This document shows, piece by piece, positions 63,286 through 64,000 of a DNA stretch of 64,000 nucleotides. The translations under genes were made by a program, and so were the position numbers. The notes under the pieces are model-generated. The model made no database searches, was not told the DNA's origin, and worked only from the letters and a program-made list of their open reading frames with translations. The DNA lies in the NCBI RefSeq assembly GCF_036507355.1, contig NZ_AP027877.1. One strand, written 5' to 3'. How positions within the stretch are numbered: position 1 is the first letter of the stretch; each line of letters opens with the position of its first letter. This DNA comes from Escherichia coli. GTDB taxonomy: Bacteria; Pseudomonadota; Gammaproteobacteria; Enterobacterales; Enterobacteriaceae.

Positions 63286-63539
63286 TATCTGAACGTATCA
63301 TCTACAAATTAAACAAAATAGAGGGCAATTTACCATAAACCAGGTTAAGTATGGGAGATTAACGCCCTATCTACCCCTCTATTGGTGGGTTAGTGGTTGC
63401 AAACCTTACGTGCCAGTTATGTCTCTGACTGCTGGTCAGGCGTATTTCCTTTGTGATAAAAATCACTTTTTTTAAACAATTAAGATAACTGTAATTAACA
63501 ATCATTTACTATTGCACTGTTAATTGGTGCGAGGTTGTG

Positions 63540-64000
63540 ATGAAAGACGTTGTGATTGTCGGGGCGTTACGGACACCTATCGGCTGCTTTCGTGGTGCGT
63601 TAGCGGGTCATTCCGCCATGGAACTTGGTAGTCTGGTCGTGAAAGCGTTAATAGAACGTACCGGCGTGCCTGCATATGCGGTGGATGAAGTGATTCTTGG
63701 CCAGGTGTTGACTGCAGGGGCAGGGCAGAATCCGGCAAGGCAATCGGCTATTAAAGGTGGCCTTCCTAATAGCGTTTCTGCAATCACGATTAATGACGTT
63801 TGCGGTTCCGGGCTTAAAGCACTGCATCTGGCTACTCAGGCGATACAGTGTGGCGAGGCTGATATTGTCATCGCCGGTGGCCAGGAAAACATGAGCCGCG
63901 CACCACATGTTCTGACTGATAGCCGCACCGGTGCACAGCTTGGCAATAGCCAGTTGGTTGACAGTCTTGTGCATGATGGGTTGTGGGATGCCTTCAATGA
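63540..64000 (+). CDS. yqeF: Acetyl-CoA acetyltransferase (thiolase), 5' part; runs off the window
   Basis: ATG at 63540: MKDVVIVGALRTPIGCFRGALAGHSAMELG..NDVCGSGLKAL.. (active-site Cys). Open to the window end. Not in the ORF track because no stop is reached. Confidence 0.95.
   Translation, partial: MKDVVIVGALRTPIGCFRGALAGHSAMELGSLVVKALIERTGVPAYAVDEVILGQVLTAGAGQNPARQSAIKGGLPNSVSAITINDVCGSGLKALHLATQAIQCGEADIVIAGGQENMSRAPHVLTDSRTGAQLGNSQLVDSLVHDGLWDAFN

Overview
Escherichia coli chromosome, read in the opposite orientation to the K-12 map. Positions 1-36.5 kb are conserved core: mscS 3' end, argO, yggE, ygfI, scpCB-argK-scpA, argP, rpiA, serA, ibsC/sibC, ygfA, 6S RNA, zapA, ygfB-pepP-ubiH-ubiI, gcvTHP, bglA, yqfB, yqfA, ygfZ, sdhE-ygfX, fldB, xerD, dsbC, recJ, prfB, lysS. 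All were recognised from their protein or RNA sequences. A 2.1-kb two-gene insert between mscS and argO is the only non-K-12 content here. At 36.5 kb a complete IS1 without target-site duplication joins the lysS terminator directly to the ygeR upstream region. From my memory of the K-12 map this implies loss of the roughly 35-40 kb idi-to-xdhA block. The accessory region follows ygeR and tRNA-Gly(CCC) glyU. (1) A 4.2-kb islet (38390-42607) is bounded by 23-bp direct repeats of the glyU 3' end. It carries an intact 543-aa tyrosine recombinase, a ~980-bp ORF-poor, repeat-dense region, and two small cargo genes. The ORF-poor region holds a perfect 23/23 phage T7 class III promoter, a second degenerate T7-like promoter, tandem 13-mers and three ~47-bp AT-rich iterons. 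(2) A second island sits in tandem. It has a P4-type integrase, a candidate HEPN (Rx4H) protein, a three-gene ABC-3C/Lamassu-like operon, arsRDABC plus a PAT/ArsN1-like acetyltransferase, and remnants of a second ars cluster. It is cut off by an IS3-family element that also truncates ygeH. The window ends in an ETT2 remnant (ygeH', ygeG, ygeF, yqeK, yqeJ, yqeI, yqeH), then yqeG and the start of yqeF. The main finding is the glyU islet. It looks designed to be read by a T7-type phage RNA polymerase, so it is a candidate T7-group satellite or a phage-RNAP-triggered element. All comparisons to K-12, T7 and R773 sequences are from memory and need alignment. No database search was run.
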